Shown piece by piece: positions 1-13,689 of a DNA stretch of 64,000 nucleotides (the stretch's first letter is position 1; each line of letters opens with the position of its first letter). The position numbers and the translations under genes were made by a program. The notes below the pieces were generated by a model. It did no database searches. It saw only the letters and a list, made by a program, of their open reading frames with translations, and had not been told where the DNA came from. The stretch comes from Macrostomum lignano (taxonomy: Eukaryota): the NCBI GenBank assembly GCA_002269645.1, contig NIVC01001731.1, forward strand, positions 62,001 to 126,000, written 5' to 3'.

Positions 1-2350
1 TACTTGCCCGTCAGTGTCTGTTTACTTGCCTGTCAGTTTCTGTTTACTTGCCTTTCAGTGTCTGTTTACGTCAGTGTCTGTTTAGTTGCCTGTCAGTTTC
101 TGTTTACTTGCCTGTCAGTGTCTGTTTACCTGCCTGTCAGTTTCTGTTTACTTGCCCGTCAGTGTCTGTTTACTTGCCTGTCAGTGTCTGTTTACTTGCC
201 TGTCAGTGTCTGTTTACTTGCCTGTCAGTGTCTGTTTACTTGCCCGTCAGTGTCTGTTTACTTGCCTGTCAGTGTCTGTTTACTTGCCCGTCAGTGTCTG
301 TTTACTTGCCTGTCAGTGTCTGTTTACTTGCCTGTCAGTGTCTGTTTACTTGCCTGTCAGTGTCTGTTTACTTGCCTGTCAGTGTCTGTTTACTTGTCTG
401 TCAGTGCCTGTTAACCTGCCTGTCAGTTTCTGTCTACTTGCCCGTCAGTGTCTGTTTACCTGCCTGTCAGTGTCTGTTTACTTGCCCGTCAGTGTCTGTT
501 TACTTGCCTGTCAGTGTCTGTTTACTTGCCCGTCAGTGTCTGTTTACTTGCCTGTCAGTTTCTGTTTACTTGCCCGTCAGTGTCTGTTTACTTGCCTGTC
601 AGTGTCTGTTTACTTGCCCGTCAGTGTCTGTTTACTTGCCTGTCAGTGTCTGTTTACTTGCCTGTCAGTTTCTGTTTACTTGCCCGTCAGTGTCTGTTTA
701 CCTGCCTGTCAGTGTCTGTTTACTTGCCCGTCAGTGTCTGTTTACTTGCCTGTCAGTGTCTGTTTACTTGCCTGTCAGTTTCTGTTTACTTGCCCGTCAG
801 TGTCTGTTTACCTGCCTGTCAGTGTCTGTTTACTTGCCCGTCAGTGTCTGTTTACTTGCCTGTCAGTGTCTGTTTACTTGCCTGTCAGTGTCTGTTTACT
901 TGCCTGTCAGTGTCTGTTTACTTGCCCGTCAGTGTCTGTTTACTTGCCTGTCAGTTTCTGTTTACTTGCCCGTCAGTGTATGTTTACTTGCCTGTCAGTG
1001 TCTGTTTACTTGCCTGTCAGTGTCTGTTTACTTGCCTGTCAGTTTCTGTTTACTTGCCCGTCAGTGTCTGTTTACTTGCCTGTCAGTGTCTGTTTACTTG
1101 CCCGTCAGTGTCTGTTTACTTGCCTGTCAGTTTCTGTTTACTTGCCCGTCAGTGTATGTTTACTTGCCTGTCAGTGTCTGTTTACTTGCCTGTCAGTGTC
1201 TGTTTACTTGCCTGTCAGTTTCTGTTTACTTGCCCGTCAGTGTCTGTTTACCTGCCTGTCAGTGTCTGTTTACTTGCCCGTCAGTGTCTGTTTACTTGCC
1301 CGTCAGTGTCTGTTTACTTGCCTGTCAGTGTCTGTTTACTTGCCTGTCAGTGTCTGTTTACTTGCCTGTCAGTGTCTGTTTACTTGCCCGTCAGTGTCTG
1401 TTTACTTGCCTGTCAGTGTCTGTTTACTTGCCTGTCAGTGTCTGTTTACTTGCCCGTCAGTGTCTGTTTACTTGCCTGTCAGTGTCTGTTTACTTGCCCG
1501 TCAGTGTCTGTTTACTTGCCTGTCAGTTTCTGTTTACTTGCCCGTCAGTGTCTGTTTACTTGCCTGTCAGTGTCTGTTTACTTGCCCGTCAGTGTCTGTT
1601 TACTTGCCTGTCAGTGTCTGTTTACTTGCCTGTCAGTGTCTGTTTACTTGCCCGTCAGTGTCTGTTTACTTGCCTGTCAGTTTCTGTTTACTTGCCTGTC
1701 AGTGTCTGTTTACTTGCCTGTCAGTGTCTGTTTACTTGCCCGTCAGTGTCTGTTTACTTGCCTGTCAGTGTCTGTTTACTTGCCTGTCAGTGTCTGTTTA
1801 CTTGCCCGTCAGTGTCTGTTTACTTGCCTGTCAGTGTCTGTTTGCTTGTCTGTCAGTGCCTGTTTACCTGCCTGTCAGTTTCTGTTTACTTGCCCGTCAG
1901 TGTCTGTTTACTTGCCTGTCAGTGTCTGTTTACTTGCCTGTCAGTGTCTGTTTACTTGCCCGTCAGTGTCTGTTTACTTGTCTGTCAGTGCCTGTTTACC
2001 TGCCTGTCAGTTTCTGTTTACTTGCCCGTCAGTGTCTGTTTACTTGCCCGTCAGTGTCTGTTTACTTGCCTGTCAGTGTCTGTTTACTTGCCTGTCAGTG
2101 TCTGTTTACTTGCCCGTCAGAGTCTGTTTACTTGCCTGTCAGTGTCTGTTTACTTGTCTGTCAGTGCCTGTTTACCTGCCTGTCAGTTTCTGTTTACTTG
2201 CCCGTCAGTGTCTGTTTACTTGCCTGTCAGTGTCTGTTTACTTGCCTGTCAGTGTCTGTTTACTTGCCTGTCAGTTTCTGTTTACTTGCCTGTCAGTGTC
2301 TGTTTACCTGCCTGTCAGTTTCTGTTTACTTGCCCGTCAGTGTCTGACTG
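1..2350. repeat. 22-bp minisatellite, about 106 copies (TGTCAGTGTCTGTTTACTTGCC)
   Basis: Directly visible; explains the long Cys/Leu/Val/Ser ORFs in the track. Confidence 0.98.
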
Positions 2351-2774
2351 TTTATAACTTCTGTCCATAAGTCTGTCCGTGTCTCCCTGTCTCTGTCCCT
2401 GTCTCCCTGTCTACTCAAATTCGTGGCCTAGTTGCTGCCATTTGGTCGGAAATCTGATCGAGATGTTACAAGGAAGATGGAGTTCGCAACTCTGGTCTGA
2501 AAAGTGGGGTTGTTAGCAATAACCCGGCACTCACTCTCCCAGTAGCTATCCATGCGCCACCGAAATCGCAAGGCTCAGACTGTGCAGTGCAGCTCTGGCA
2601 GCGTGAAATTTCAATAATTTCAAAACGGCAGAGTCTGTACCGATAGTAAACGTTTTGATGCAGAGAATATCGCCCTGAGTTCAGCGCATTCGGCACGTTG
2701 AGAACGTGGCTGCATGAATTATTCAATAGTGGCTTGCTTATAATACCTAACTAATTCAGGCTTTGCCAGCTAGC

Positions 2775-3360
2775 TGGGCCACCCAACCTTCAGGCTTTAC
2801 CACCCTACCTTCAGGCTGCATCACCCTACCTTCAGGCTTTATCACCCTACCTTCAGGCTTTATCACCCTACCTTCAGGCTTTACCACCCTACCTTCAGGC
2901 TTTATCACCCTACCTTCAGGCTTTACCACCCTACCTTCAGGCTTTACCACCCTACCTTCAGGCTGCATCACCCTACCTTCAGGCTTTATCACCCTACCTT
3001 CAGGCTTTATCACCCTACCTTCAGGCTTTACCACCCTACCTTCAGGCTTTACCACCCTACCTTCAGGCTTTACCACCCTACCTTCAGGCTTTACCACCCT
3101 ACCTTCAGGCTTTACCACCCTACCTTCAGGCTTTACCACCCTACCTTCAGGCTTTACCACCCTACCTTCAGGCTTTACCACCCTACCTTCAGGCTGCATC
3201 ACCCTACCTTCAGGCTTTATCACCCTACCTTCAGGCTTTATCACCCTACCTTCAGGCTTTACCACCCTACCTTCAGGCTTTATCACCCTACCTTCAGGCT
3301 TTACCACCCTACCTTCAGGCTTTACCACCCTACCTTCAGGCTGCATCACCCTACCTTCAG
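2775..3360. repeat. 21-bp minisatellite (ACCCTACCTTCAGGCTTTACC)
   Basis: Directly visible; source of the PEGRVVK repeat ORF. Confidence 0.97.
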
Positions 3361-3374
3361 ACTGTACTTACTAC

Positions 3375-3735
3375 CCAACCTTAAGACTCCACCATCCAAC
3401 CCTCAGACTCCACCATCCAACCCCCAGACTGCTACCATCCAACCCCCAGACTCCACCATCCAACCCCCAGACTCCAATCATCAGACTCCACCATCCAACC
3501 CCCATACTCCATCATCCAACCCTCAGACTCCACCATCCAAATCTCAGACTCCACCATCCAACCCTCAGATTCCACCATCCAAATCTAAGACTCCACCATC
3601 CAACCCTCAGATTCCACCATCCAACTCTCAGACTCCACCATCCAACCCTCAGATTTCACCATCAACCCTCAGACTCCACCATCCAACCCTCAGACTCCAC
3701 CATCCAACCCTCAGACTCCACCATCAAAACCTCGG
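3375..3735. repeat. 21-bp minisatellite (CCACCATCCAACCCTCAGACT)
   Basis: Directly visible; abuts the previous array and has the same period. Confidence 0.93.
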
Positions 3736-4617
3736 ATCTCTCTTAAGTCATGCGGGCAAAAACCTCTCATATTTACTCAAAGTTAATATTAATCCTACTA
3801 ATATTGCATTAAAAACAGTAAAAAAAGAAATGGAGACAAAACATGATTATGGGATCTATCAACTTTACTGGGATATATTTATATGAATTAATGAAATAAT
3901 AAACGCTTACATTGTTTTTTTGGAAATTTTATCAGCTCATAATTCATAATTCATACTTATATATAAAATTAGTTAGTTTTAAAGCATAATAATTAGGGCA
4001 AACACAGAAATACTGACCATTTACAATTAACGATGACATAGAAGTTAATTGGGTCCCAGCGAGAGATCATATACCAAACTTACAAGACACAATACTCGTA
4101 TTTAGTATTTATTGTTTTGAGAATTGCTAATGGAAGGAATGCCGGGTTGAAAAGGAACAAAATCTGAACACTGAGACAGACATAGATAGGTGAAGATTAG
4201 CAACCTTATTTAATTAATTTATAGTCTTTGATTTTATATAACTTGATGACAGACTTAAATATCACAAATAAAATTACGTCAAAAAACCAAACATGTTTTT
4301 TTGGTATATAGAATTCAAACGGCAAAGAAACCATGCTAAAACAAAAAAAGTTGAATACATCTGATGATCCGATGGCAAACAGGGGGCGGCTCTGAACAGA
4401 ACAGATTGCACGGTAGCTATTTAGGGGTCGATACTACTGTAGTAAGTAGGGCGATCATTTTTTATTAAAGTCAAATCAACATTTTTTTTCAGCTCACGTC
4501 AACACCTGAAGAGAAAATTAGTCAGCAAAACAAAATTTACGGAAAAGCTGGATAAAATTATGGCTAAATCAACGACTAATGCTCAAAGTTCACTTTGAGT
4601 TTGCCTAGCAACCAAAC

Positions 4618-5100
4618 GAGAGCGATTCTCTGTGGGGTTGAGGGCGCTTGTCTATTGGGTTTGAGGGCGATTCTCTATGGGGTTGAGGGCGCTTGTCTAT
4701 TGGGTTTGAGGGCGATTCTCTTTTGGTTTGAGGGCGATTTTCTATATGGTTGAGGGCGATTCTCCATGAGACTAAGGGCGATTCTCTATGGGGTTGAGGG
4801 CGCTTGTCTATTGGGTTTGAGGGCGATTCTCTATGGGGTTGAGGGCGCTTGTCTATTGGGTTTGAGGGCGATTCTCTTTTGGTTTGAGGGCGATTTTCTA
4901 TATGGTTGAGGGCGATTCTCCATGAGACTAAGGGCGATTCTCTATGGGGTTGAGGGCGCTTGTCTATTGGGTTTGAGGGCGATTCTCTATGGGGTTGAGG
5001 GCGCTTGTCTATTGGGTTTGAGGGCGATTCTCTATGGGGTTGAGGGCGCTTGTCTATTAGGTTTGAGGGCGATTCTCTATGGGGCTGAGGGCGATTATCG
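4618..5100. repeat. 45-bp dimeric minisatellite (22+23 bp, GAGGGCG core)
   Basis: GAGGGCGATTCTCTATGGGGTT alternates with GAGGGCGCTTGTCTATTGGGTTT. Confidence 0.93.
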
Positions 5101-5240
5101 CATTAGTCGCCGAATGCTAAAAGTCACAGTTCACGCCAGTCAAGTCACTGTAAGCAGTATATATGACAATGCATTGGATGAAATGAATCAGCAAGGTTAG
5201 CATTAATTAATATCCATGTTCCAAGCGCAGTTGAGGCAGT

Positions 5241-8200
5241 CTAGATGGCCAGGGAGTACAGGTATTTAACCTGGGCAGCGAGATAGTGCAGGGCATCTGT
5301 AGTGCGCTGAATACAGAAGTCTACAGCGTTGCCCAACCAGGCCACAACATTCGGCATGTAGAGCCGCATCTGGAAACACGCAATGTGAGAGATGCCATTA
5401 TCAATGTGAGAGATGCCATTATCAATGTGAGAGATGCCATTATCAATGTGAGAGATGCCATTATCAATGTGAGAGATGCCATTATCAATGTGAGAGATGC
5501 CATTATCAGTGTGAGAGATGCTATTATCAATGTGAGAGATGCCATTATCAATATGAGAGATGCCATTATCAATGTGAGAAATGCCATTATCAATGTGAGA
5601 GATGCCATTATCAATGTGAGAGATGCCATTATCAATGTGAGAGATGCCATTATCAATGTGAGAGATGCCATTATCAATGTGAGAGATGCCATTATCAATG
5701 TGAGAGATGCCATTATCAATGTGAGAGATGCCATTATCAATTCGATAGAGATGCCATTATCAATGTGAGAGATGCCATTATCAGTGTGAGAGATGCCATT
5801 ATCAATGTGAGAGATGCCATTATCAGTGTGAGAGATGCTATTATCAATGTGAGAGATGCCATTATCAATGTGAGAGATGCCATTATCAATGTGAGAAATG
5901 CCATTATCAATGTGAGAGATGCCATTATCAATGTGAGAGATGCCATTATCAATGTGAGAGATGCCGTTATCAATGTGAGAGATGCCATTATCAATGTGAG
6001 AGATGCCATTATCAATGTGAGAGATGCTATTATCAATGTGAGAGATGCCATTATCAATGTGAGAGATGCCATTATCAATGTGAGAGATGCCATTATCAAT
6101 GTGAGAGATGCCATTATCAATGTGAGAGATGCCATTATCAATGTGAGAGATGCCATTATCAATGTGAGAGATGCTATTATCAATGTGAGAGATGCCATAA
6201 TCAATGTGAGAGAGATGCCATTATCAATGTGAGAGATGCCATTATCAATGTGAGAGATGCCGTTATCAATGTGAGAGATGCCATTATCAATGTGAGAGAT
6301 GCCATTATCAATGTGAGAGATGCCATTATCAATGTGAGAGATGCCATTATCAATGTGAGAGATGCCATTATCAATGTGAGAGATGCCATTATCAATGTGA
6401 GAGATGCCATTATCAATGTGAGAGATGCCATTATCAATGTTAGAAATCCCATTATCAATGTGAGAGATGCCATTATCAAGGTGATAAAGATGCCATTAGC
6501 AATGTTAGAAATCCAATTATCAATAGGATGAAGACACAAAGATGACAGACAGCACTTAAAAAGAGTACAGAGCTATGCCAACAAAAAAGATCTCACCTCA
6601 GCCTCAGCGTACTGCCACGCGTCCACGACTCCATTTCTAGCGGTCAGCCAAACGGCGGTCATCCAGGGCAGGGCCTGCTCCCGATAAAAGTGCAACCAGG
6701 CGGCCCAGGCGGCGGCCAGCCTGGGCTGTGCGTGCTCCCGCCACGCCTGGCCAACTTGGCGGCACTTGGGCAGCAGCGAGTCGTGATAAACGTCAGCAAG
6801 GCGGTCCCACAGGCGGAGCAGCTCGGGCGAGATGTTGCGCTCATAGTAGATACGGCATTCTGAGTGCAGACGCCGGACATGGTACAGCACCAGCCGGTCC
6901 TCCAGGTAGTCGCGGACTGGGTGCACTGTGGTTGAAGTGATATGCGGTGTATAGCAACTCTGAGGATCTGGGAGTGGGACTGAGGATAATCCTAAGGATC
7001 TGAGAGAGAGGCTATTTGCCTTACTTGACTTACTAGGAGAGAGGCTAAGCCTGAGTATAATTCTGACGATTCCTGAGAGGATAATCATGAGGATAATCCT
7101 GAGGGGATAATCGTGAGGGGATAATCGTGAGGGGATAATCGTGAGATAATAATCGTGAGGGGATAATCGTGAGGTGATAATCGTGAGGTGATAATCGTGA
7201 GGTAATAATCGTGAGGGGATAATCGTGAGGGGATAATCGTGAGGTAATAATCGTGAGGGGATAATCGTGAGGGGATAATCATGAGGGGATAATCGTGAGG
7301 GGATAACCATGAGGGGATAATCGTGAGGGGATAGTCGTGAGGGGATAATCGTGAGGGGATAATCGTGAGAATAATCCTGAAGATCTGGGAGCGGAACTGA
7401 GTATAATCCAGAGGCTAAGCCTGAGGATCTGGGAGGACGGCAGTGGCCAGCCCGAGAATTTGAGAGAAACCCAGAAGCCGGAACTCACCAAAAGACGGCA
7501 TCTGTCCGCGCGGCACAAACGCCAGGGCGCAAAGGACGCTAGCAGTAACCATGGCAACCAGCAGCAGCAGGCTGGCCAGCCGCATCAGCCGGAGCAGAAC
7601 TCGGCCAACAAAACCGCAAATCCCATTGCCACCGCGCCGACGACCGGATCGACTGCTCAGACTGGCGGCGGCAGCTTCGGCAGCGCCGGCCGCGGCCATC
7701 TTGACAATGTCCGAAGGGAACGGCGGCGAATTCGTGGGCTGCGAGGCCAGCCGGACAGACAGGGACAGCCGGGCCGCGCGGCCGAACGCGCCTTCGCCGT
7801 CCTTGCCGCAGTTGGTGTCGAGAGCCTCGCGCAGCAAGCGCAGGTCGGAGGCGGCCTCAGGTGAGAACGGCAGGTTGGCCAGCAGGTCAGGCGGCCGGCA
7901 CGCAGGCTGTCCATCAGGCACTGCCAGGGCAGGTCGCCTGGCGGAGCGGCGGTGTCCCAGCGGCGCAGGGCGGCCAGCAGGCGGGCGCAGGCGTCGGGCT
8001 CCGGGCTGGCGGAGGCGGCCAGGCGCTGCCAGGCCGGGCGGAGGCGGGCGAGGCAGCGCTGCAGGCGGTCGCGGGTCTGGCCGGGCCCGGCCAGGGCGGC
8101 GGCGTCGAGCAGGCCGGCGGCGTGTCGCAGCGACAGCTTGGTGGAGGCGGCGGCCTGGTCTCGAGTGAGCTCGTCCAGGGTGTCCAGCAGGTCGGGCGCG

Positions 8201-11200
8201 GCCCACCTGGTGGCCAGGAGTTGGCCATCGCCGGCAGGCAGAGCGCAGTCGATGAGCACCTGGAGACCCGTGGCGCGGTCCCTGTTGAAGGGGGGATATT
8301 TGAGCAGTGTTTAGCTGTAATCCATGAATCCATGAATTCAATAGACAACCTATGGGAAGATTCTAGGAATCCAAAAGACAACCTATGAGAAGATTCTAGG
8401 AATCCAAAAGACAACCTATGAGAAGATTCTAGGAATCTAATAGACAACACGTGAGAAGATTCTAGGAATCTAATAGACAACACGTGAGAAGATTCTAGGA
8501 ATCTAATAGACAACACGTGAGAAGATTCTAGGAATCCAAAAGACAACCTATGAGAAGATTCTAGGAATCTAATAGACAACACGTGAGAAGATTCTAGGAA
8601 TCCAAAAGACAACCTATGAGAAGATTCTAGGAATCTAATAGACAACACGTGAGAAGATTCTAGGAATCCAATAGACAACCTATGGGAAGATTCTAGGAAT
8701 CTAATAGACAACACGTGAGAAGATTCTAGGAATCCAATAGACAACCTATGGGAAGATTCTAGGAATCCAATAGACAACACGTGAGAAGATTCCAAGAATC
8801 CAACAGACAACCTGTGGAAAGATTCTAAGTATATAATGGACAATCTCATACGAATCTAGGAGACAAACAGACTAAATATGAGAAGAACTTCAGGAAGCCA
8901 ATAGAGAATCCATAAGATCTCACTTATAGGCGGTCTGGCCCAGCGCCCACATCAGAGCGGCAAAGGCGGCCCTGGTGCCCCTAGCCGAGTCAAACAGTTC
9001 GCGCATTCGCTGGCGACAATCTGCGTGGCCCGGCAGCTGCGGCAGCAGTCGGACGGCCAGCTGCAGCACGGCTCGGGTGCCGAAGGCGCCAGCCTGTTTC
9101 TCGGACTGCTTCACCAGACGCTGGCAGGCGTGCAGATAGAAACGGCGCTTCACTTCGTCCGAGACTGACTCAAGTAGACGGTTGAGCAGCTGACGGCTGG
9201 CGTTGGGCAAATTGTTGCTAGGGAAATCTGCGGGAGGTGAAAAAACATTAATATATGCATTGTTGGCTACTGAGGGCGATTTTGGGGGATATTTTTGACT
9301 GTTTAGGGGGCGATTTTGGGGGATATTGTTGACTGTTTAGGGGGCGATTACGGGGGATATTGTTGACTGTTTAGAGGGCGATTTTGGGGGATATTGTTGA
9401 CTGTTTAGGGGGCGATTACGGGGGATATTGTTGACTGTTTAGCGGGCGATTACGGGGGATATTGTGACTGTTTAGAGGGCGATTTTGGGGGATATTGTTG
9501 ACTGTCTAGACTCTCTAGAGGGGCCATTGATACTCGTATCATTAGTAGGCGAATTTTAAGAGGTTTTCTCTGAAAGAAACCTTGAATTTATATGAAGTTT
9601 TTGTTATTTTGCGTATGATAAAGATTATTAAAAAAAAACTGCAACTCACTTAGATCCGTTCGAGTCCAATCCTCTTTTTTATCGTAGACCATGTCCAGAT
9701 CGATAATAGCGCAGATGTCAACTAGCCAGGCCAGTGGCGAATCAGGAATCGTATTGCGAGACTGTTCCAGGGCCCGCTCAAGTCTGGCTGGGGAGACCTG
9801 CGAGGCACAGCGGATCGGTTTCAATATGAAATTGTTGCTAGCAGGATTGTATTAGACACCTGACCCTGCCTAGCAGGATTGTATTAGACACCTGACCCTG
9901 TCTAGCAGGATTGTATTAGACACCTGACCCTGCCTAGCAGGATTGTATTAGACACCTGACCCTGCCTAGCAGGATTGTATTAGACACCTGACCCTGTCTA
10001 GCAGGATTGTATTAGACACCTGACCCTGCCTAGCAGGATTGTATTAGACACCTGACCCTGTCTAGCAGGATTGTATTAGACACCTGACCCTGCCTAGCAG
10101 GATTGTATTAGACACCTGACCCTGCCTAGCAGGATTGTATTAGACACCTGACCCTGTCTAGCAGGATTGTATTAGACACCTGACCCTGCCTAGCAGGATT
10201 GTATTAGACACCTGACCCTGTCTAGCAGGATTGTATTAGACACCTGACCCTGCCTAGCAGGATTGTATTAGACACCTGACCCTGTCTAGCAGGATTGTAT
10301 TAGACACCTGACCCTGCCTAGCAGGATTGTATTAGACACCTGACCCTGCCTAGCAGGATTGTATTAGACACCTGACCCTGCCTAGCAGGATTGTATTAGA
10401 CACCTGACCCTGTCTAGCAGGATTGTATTAGACACCTGACCCTGCCTAGCAGGATTGTATTAGACACCTGACCCTGTCTAGCAGGATTGTATTAGACACC
10501 TGACCCTGCCTAGCAGGATTGTATTAGACACCTGACCCTGTCTAGCAGGATTGTATTAGACACCTGACCCTGCCTAGCAGGATTGTATTAGACACCTGAC
10601 CCTGCCTAGCAGGATTGTATTAGACACCTGACCCTGTCTAGCAGGATTGTATTAGACACCTGACCCTGCCTAGCAGGATTGTATTAGACACCTGACCCTG
10701 CCTAGCAGGATTGTATTAGACACCTGACCCTGCCTAGCAGGATTGTATTAGACACCTGACCCTGCCTAGCAGGATTGTATTAGACACCTGACCCTGTCTA
10801 GCAGGATTGTATTAGACACCTGACCCTGCCTAGCAGGACTCTATTAGACAGTTAACTGTCATATAATCTGTCTAAGACCTGAAGATACATATACAGTACA
10901 GCTGCATCCAGCCAGAGTTTACCTGACACATATACATTCTAGTCTAATCTTATACTTACAGCCTGCAGCGCTTCAGTATTGTTAGCCGGCGGTCTTTTAG
11001 CAGAGCCTCCATTGCTACTTTGAGTCTTGCTCCCAGAAGACTGCTGCTGCTGCCTGGCTTTGGCAGGTGAGCCTTGATTTCCGGCGCCATTGCTTCTACT
11101 GGCACCTCCGGCGCCATTGGCCTCGGCATAGGCAGCAAGGTCTAGCCCTTCGCCTCCAGCCAGGTAGATTGACGATCTGGCCACGTGATCTGGATAATTA

Positions 11201-11608
11201 TTCAACAATTAGAATAACTAGCAGTTGAGAAGAAAATAAATGAGCTGTCTATAGCTCATTAATTAATTAAAATACAGTCATAGAACCAAAATACCTTATA
11301 AATTATACTTAACTTCTGTTTAATACTCTACTGACAGTAGAAATAAAAGGAAAACACGCTTAGAAAAGAACTCATATGTCCAATGCATGTACTATTCAAC
11401 TAAACTAATATTTAGTCGCTACGCAATAGTGGCAAAGTGTTAATGAATTTAATAATAATTGATTGATTAATTTATCAACATTAAATTAATAAACAAATAG
11501 CTTACCAAGATCTTCCACACGAAGCATATTTTCGTTAATTTTCTTCTTATCATGCTTGTTCAACTTGTCCTTCTTTTTTCCATAAGAAACTCTTTCCCAG
11601 TTTTCCAT
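5241..11608 (-). CDS. TMEM214: Transmembrane protein 214 (ER membrane protein), 7 exons, with an apparent 1-nt frameshift in exon 5
   Basis: Exons in transcription order: 11608-11506 (MENWERVSYGKKKDK...), 11189-10960, 9797-9650 (VSPARLERALEQSRNTIPDSPLAWLVDICAIID), 9227-8924 (...AALMWALGQTAY), 8281-7489 (DRATGLQVLIDCALP...; TM segment LASLLLLVAMVTASVLCAL), 6925-6597, 5369-5241 (stop TAG). All junctions are GT-AG with matching phases. The motifs WALGQ and WLxD and the N-terminal WExV resemble TMEM214 as I recall the family. Exon sum is 2036 nt; adding 1 nt gives 678 aa plus stop. Confidence 0.85.
5382..6480. repeat. 21-bp minisatellite filling TMEM214 intron 6 (AATGTGAGAGATGCCATTATC)
   Basis: Directly visible; ends about 12 nt from the acceptor at 5370. 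Confidence 0.98.
7075..7375. repeat. 14-bp minisatellite in TMEM214 intron 5 (ATAATCGTGAGGGG)
   Basis: Directly visible. Confidence 0.95.
8338..8830. repeat. 33-bp minisatellite in TMEM214 intron 4
   Basis: Unit CAATAGACAACCTATGGGAAGATTCTAGGAATC with variants. Confidence 0.95.
9272..9505. repeat. 34-bp minisatellite in TMEM214 intron 3
   Basis: Unit GGGGGCGATTTTGGGGGATATTGTTGACTGTTTA. Confidence 0.93.
9838..10850. repeat. 32-bp minisatellite in TMEM214 intron 2, about 31 copies
   Basis: Unit CTAGCAGGATTGTATTAGACACCTGACCCTG(C/T). Confidence 0.98.
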
Positions 11609-12652
11609 TGTTGAATAGGTTCAACTCTGTGGCTGGAAACAATGTAAAATGCATTTACATTGCATAGAACTCTTGACATTTATAATTAATATATGGCTCA
11701 GTGAAGTTGCATAATAACTGCTAGATTATAAATATATTGGTCAATGTTAGAACAGCCCTTTACACTGCTGACTCTCTGACCTACAGAAGTTTCTAAAGTC
11801 TGCAGACTCTGTGTTTACGATTGATCAAATTTGAGAATTGATAAAGGACTCTAAATGGCAATAATCCTAATGATTATAAATCATTAACTCTTAAAATGAA
11901 ATATAGAGTCCCTATAAATAATAAACATCAATCACCTATACACCTCTTTTTGTATAATTTTACTAATATTAGGTTAACTATATACCAACTTGTGTTCTCT
12001 ACTTTTCAGATGGAGTCGACTTGTCTGCAAATTGATAAGTTGATGGCAGACAAAGTGACTGGAATCCAAAATATTATACACTACATTTACAATAGTTAAA
12101 GTTTTATTTATCTAAAACTTAAAGGCACATAGTACAATTTATTACCTATATTAGATAATCTTTATAATATACAAGGCCAACTCTTCCATTGGAGGAGAAA
12201 GGGGATAGAACTTCTATCGACAGAATTCAATTCACTGAAATCAATCAGCTGAATCCCATTTTCTAAATCCTCTAAAATATAAAATAATTTTCAAACAAAA
12301 GCTTGTTAATAGTTAGGATAGACATAAAAATGGAGTAAATTCGTCTTAAATAAAGATTTGAGGCAGGCATTGATCTCTTTGGCTAGTTTGCCAATGTCTG
12401 TCAGACAATGCCTGTCTAAAGCATGGCATTGGCAAACTCTGGCTTCTGGCATCTGCCTCTATGTCCCTTGGGTCCTTTAAAACTTATTTGCTCTCTCCTT
12501 TCTGCACTCTCATCTCTACTCTCATCTCTCCCCTCTTCTCTGCTCTGTCATCTCATCTCTATTCTCTTATCTATTGTCTCTCTTCTATCCTATCCTCTCT
12601 CTTTTCTCTCTCCTCTCTGCTCTCTCATCTTTCTCCTCTTGCTTCTCTATTT

Positions 12653-12960
<308 letters not shown>

Positions 12961-13689
12961 TATCTTCTTATATCTCTCCTCTACCCTGTCCTCTCTCTCT
13001 CTCTCTCTCTCTCCCTTTTCTCTTTTCTCTCTCTCTTCTGTGCTCTCATTTTTCATATCTCCTATATTCTCTCTACCCTCTCCTTTCTCATGTCTCATCT
13101 TTCCTCTCTCCTCACTACCATATCCTATCTCCTCTCTTCTTTCTTGTCTCTCCTCTCTACTCTATTGTCTTTCCTTTTTTCTCTCCCCTCTTTTATATAC
13201 TCAGCAACATTGAAAAGTTGCCATCACAGAAGATTCCATCCATGATCACCTCTTTTGAGAGTGCAGGTAAAGTCTCTTTCTCACATCTTTTGTTTCAGAA
13301 TAGTCCAAGAGAAATTTCTCACTGGTATATAGATTGGCTACTTTTCAATCAATGTTGCTAAGTAAGCTTGTATATCTACTCTCTTTTATATCATCTCTTC
13401 TCTTCTCCTTTCTCTCTTATCTGAATGACTAAAGGCACCAATAATGAAACCAATCGAAATTTGTCACCTATCTCTTCCATTACTGAAATTAATCAAATGA
13501 TAGCTGGCTTGAATGTGCATATGCAACCCTCCAACTTTATCTCTGACTCCAAATGACTACAATATTTGCAAAAAGTTGAAAGTATAGAAATTGTTTCTTC
13601 AATGCTATGCTTTTGTTTTTAAATTTAAAGCCGAAAGGCAAAAACTTACACATATGCGGCTATATCTGTTTGCTATATTTATATGCATT

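Noticed and set aside
4-2370. Long ORFs (up to 769 aa) at the window start, and similar periodic ORFs across other arrays (PEGRVVK, NVRDAII, MGSDID, SLSL/ERER and others)
   Set aside because: They are translations of stop-free tandem repeats, often open in several frames or on both strands, and many lie inside introns of real genes.
7415-8388. Multiple overlapping GC-rich ORFs on both strands, also seen over the Gypsy pol region and the alpha-catenin and DDX18 exons
   Set aside because: They are shadow frames of high-GC coding sequence.
9209-9842. 13-bp match AAATTGTTGCTAG between TMEM214 exon 4 and intron 2
   Set aside because: Matches of this length are expected by chance in 64 kb of AT-rich sequence.
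9838-10850. CRISPR-like appearance of the 26-35-bp arrays
   Set aside because: Units are head-to-tail with no unique spacers, there are no cas genes, and the context is eukaryotic.
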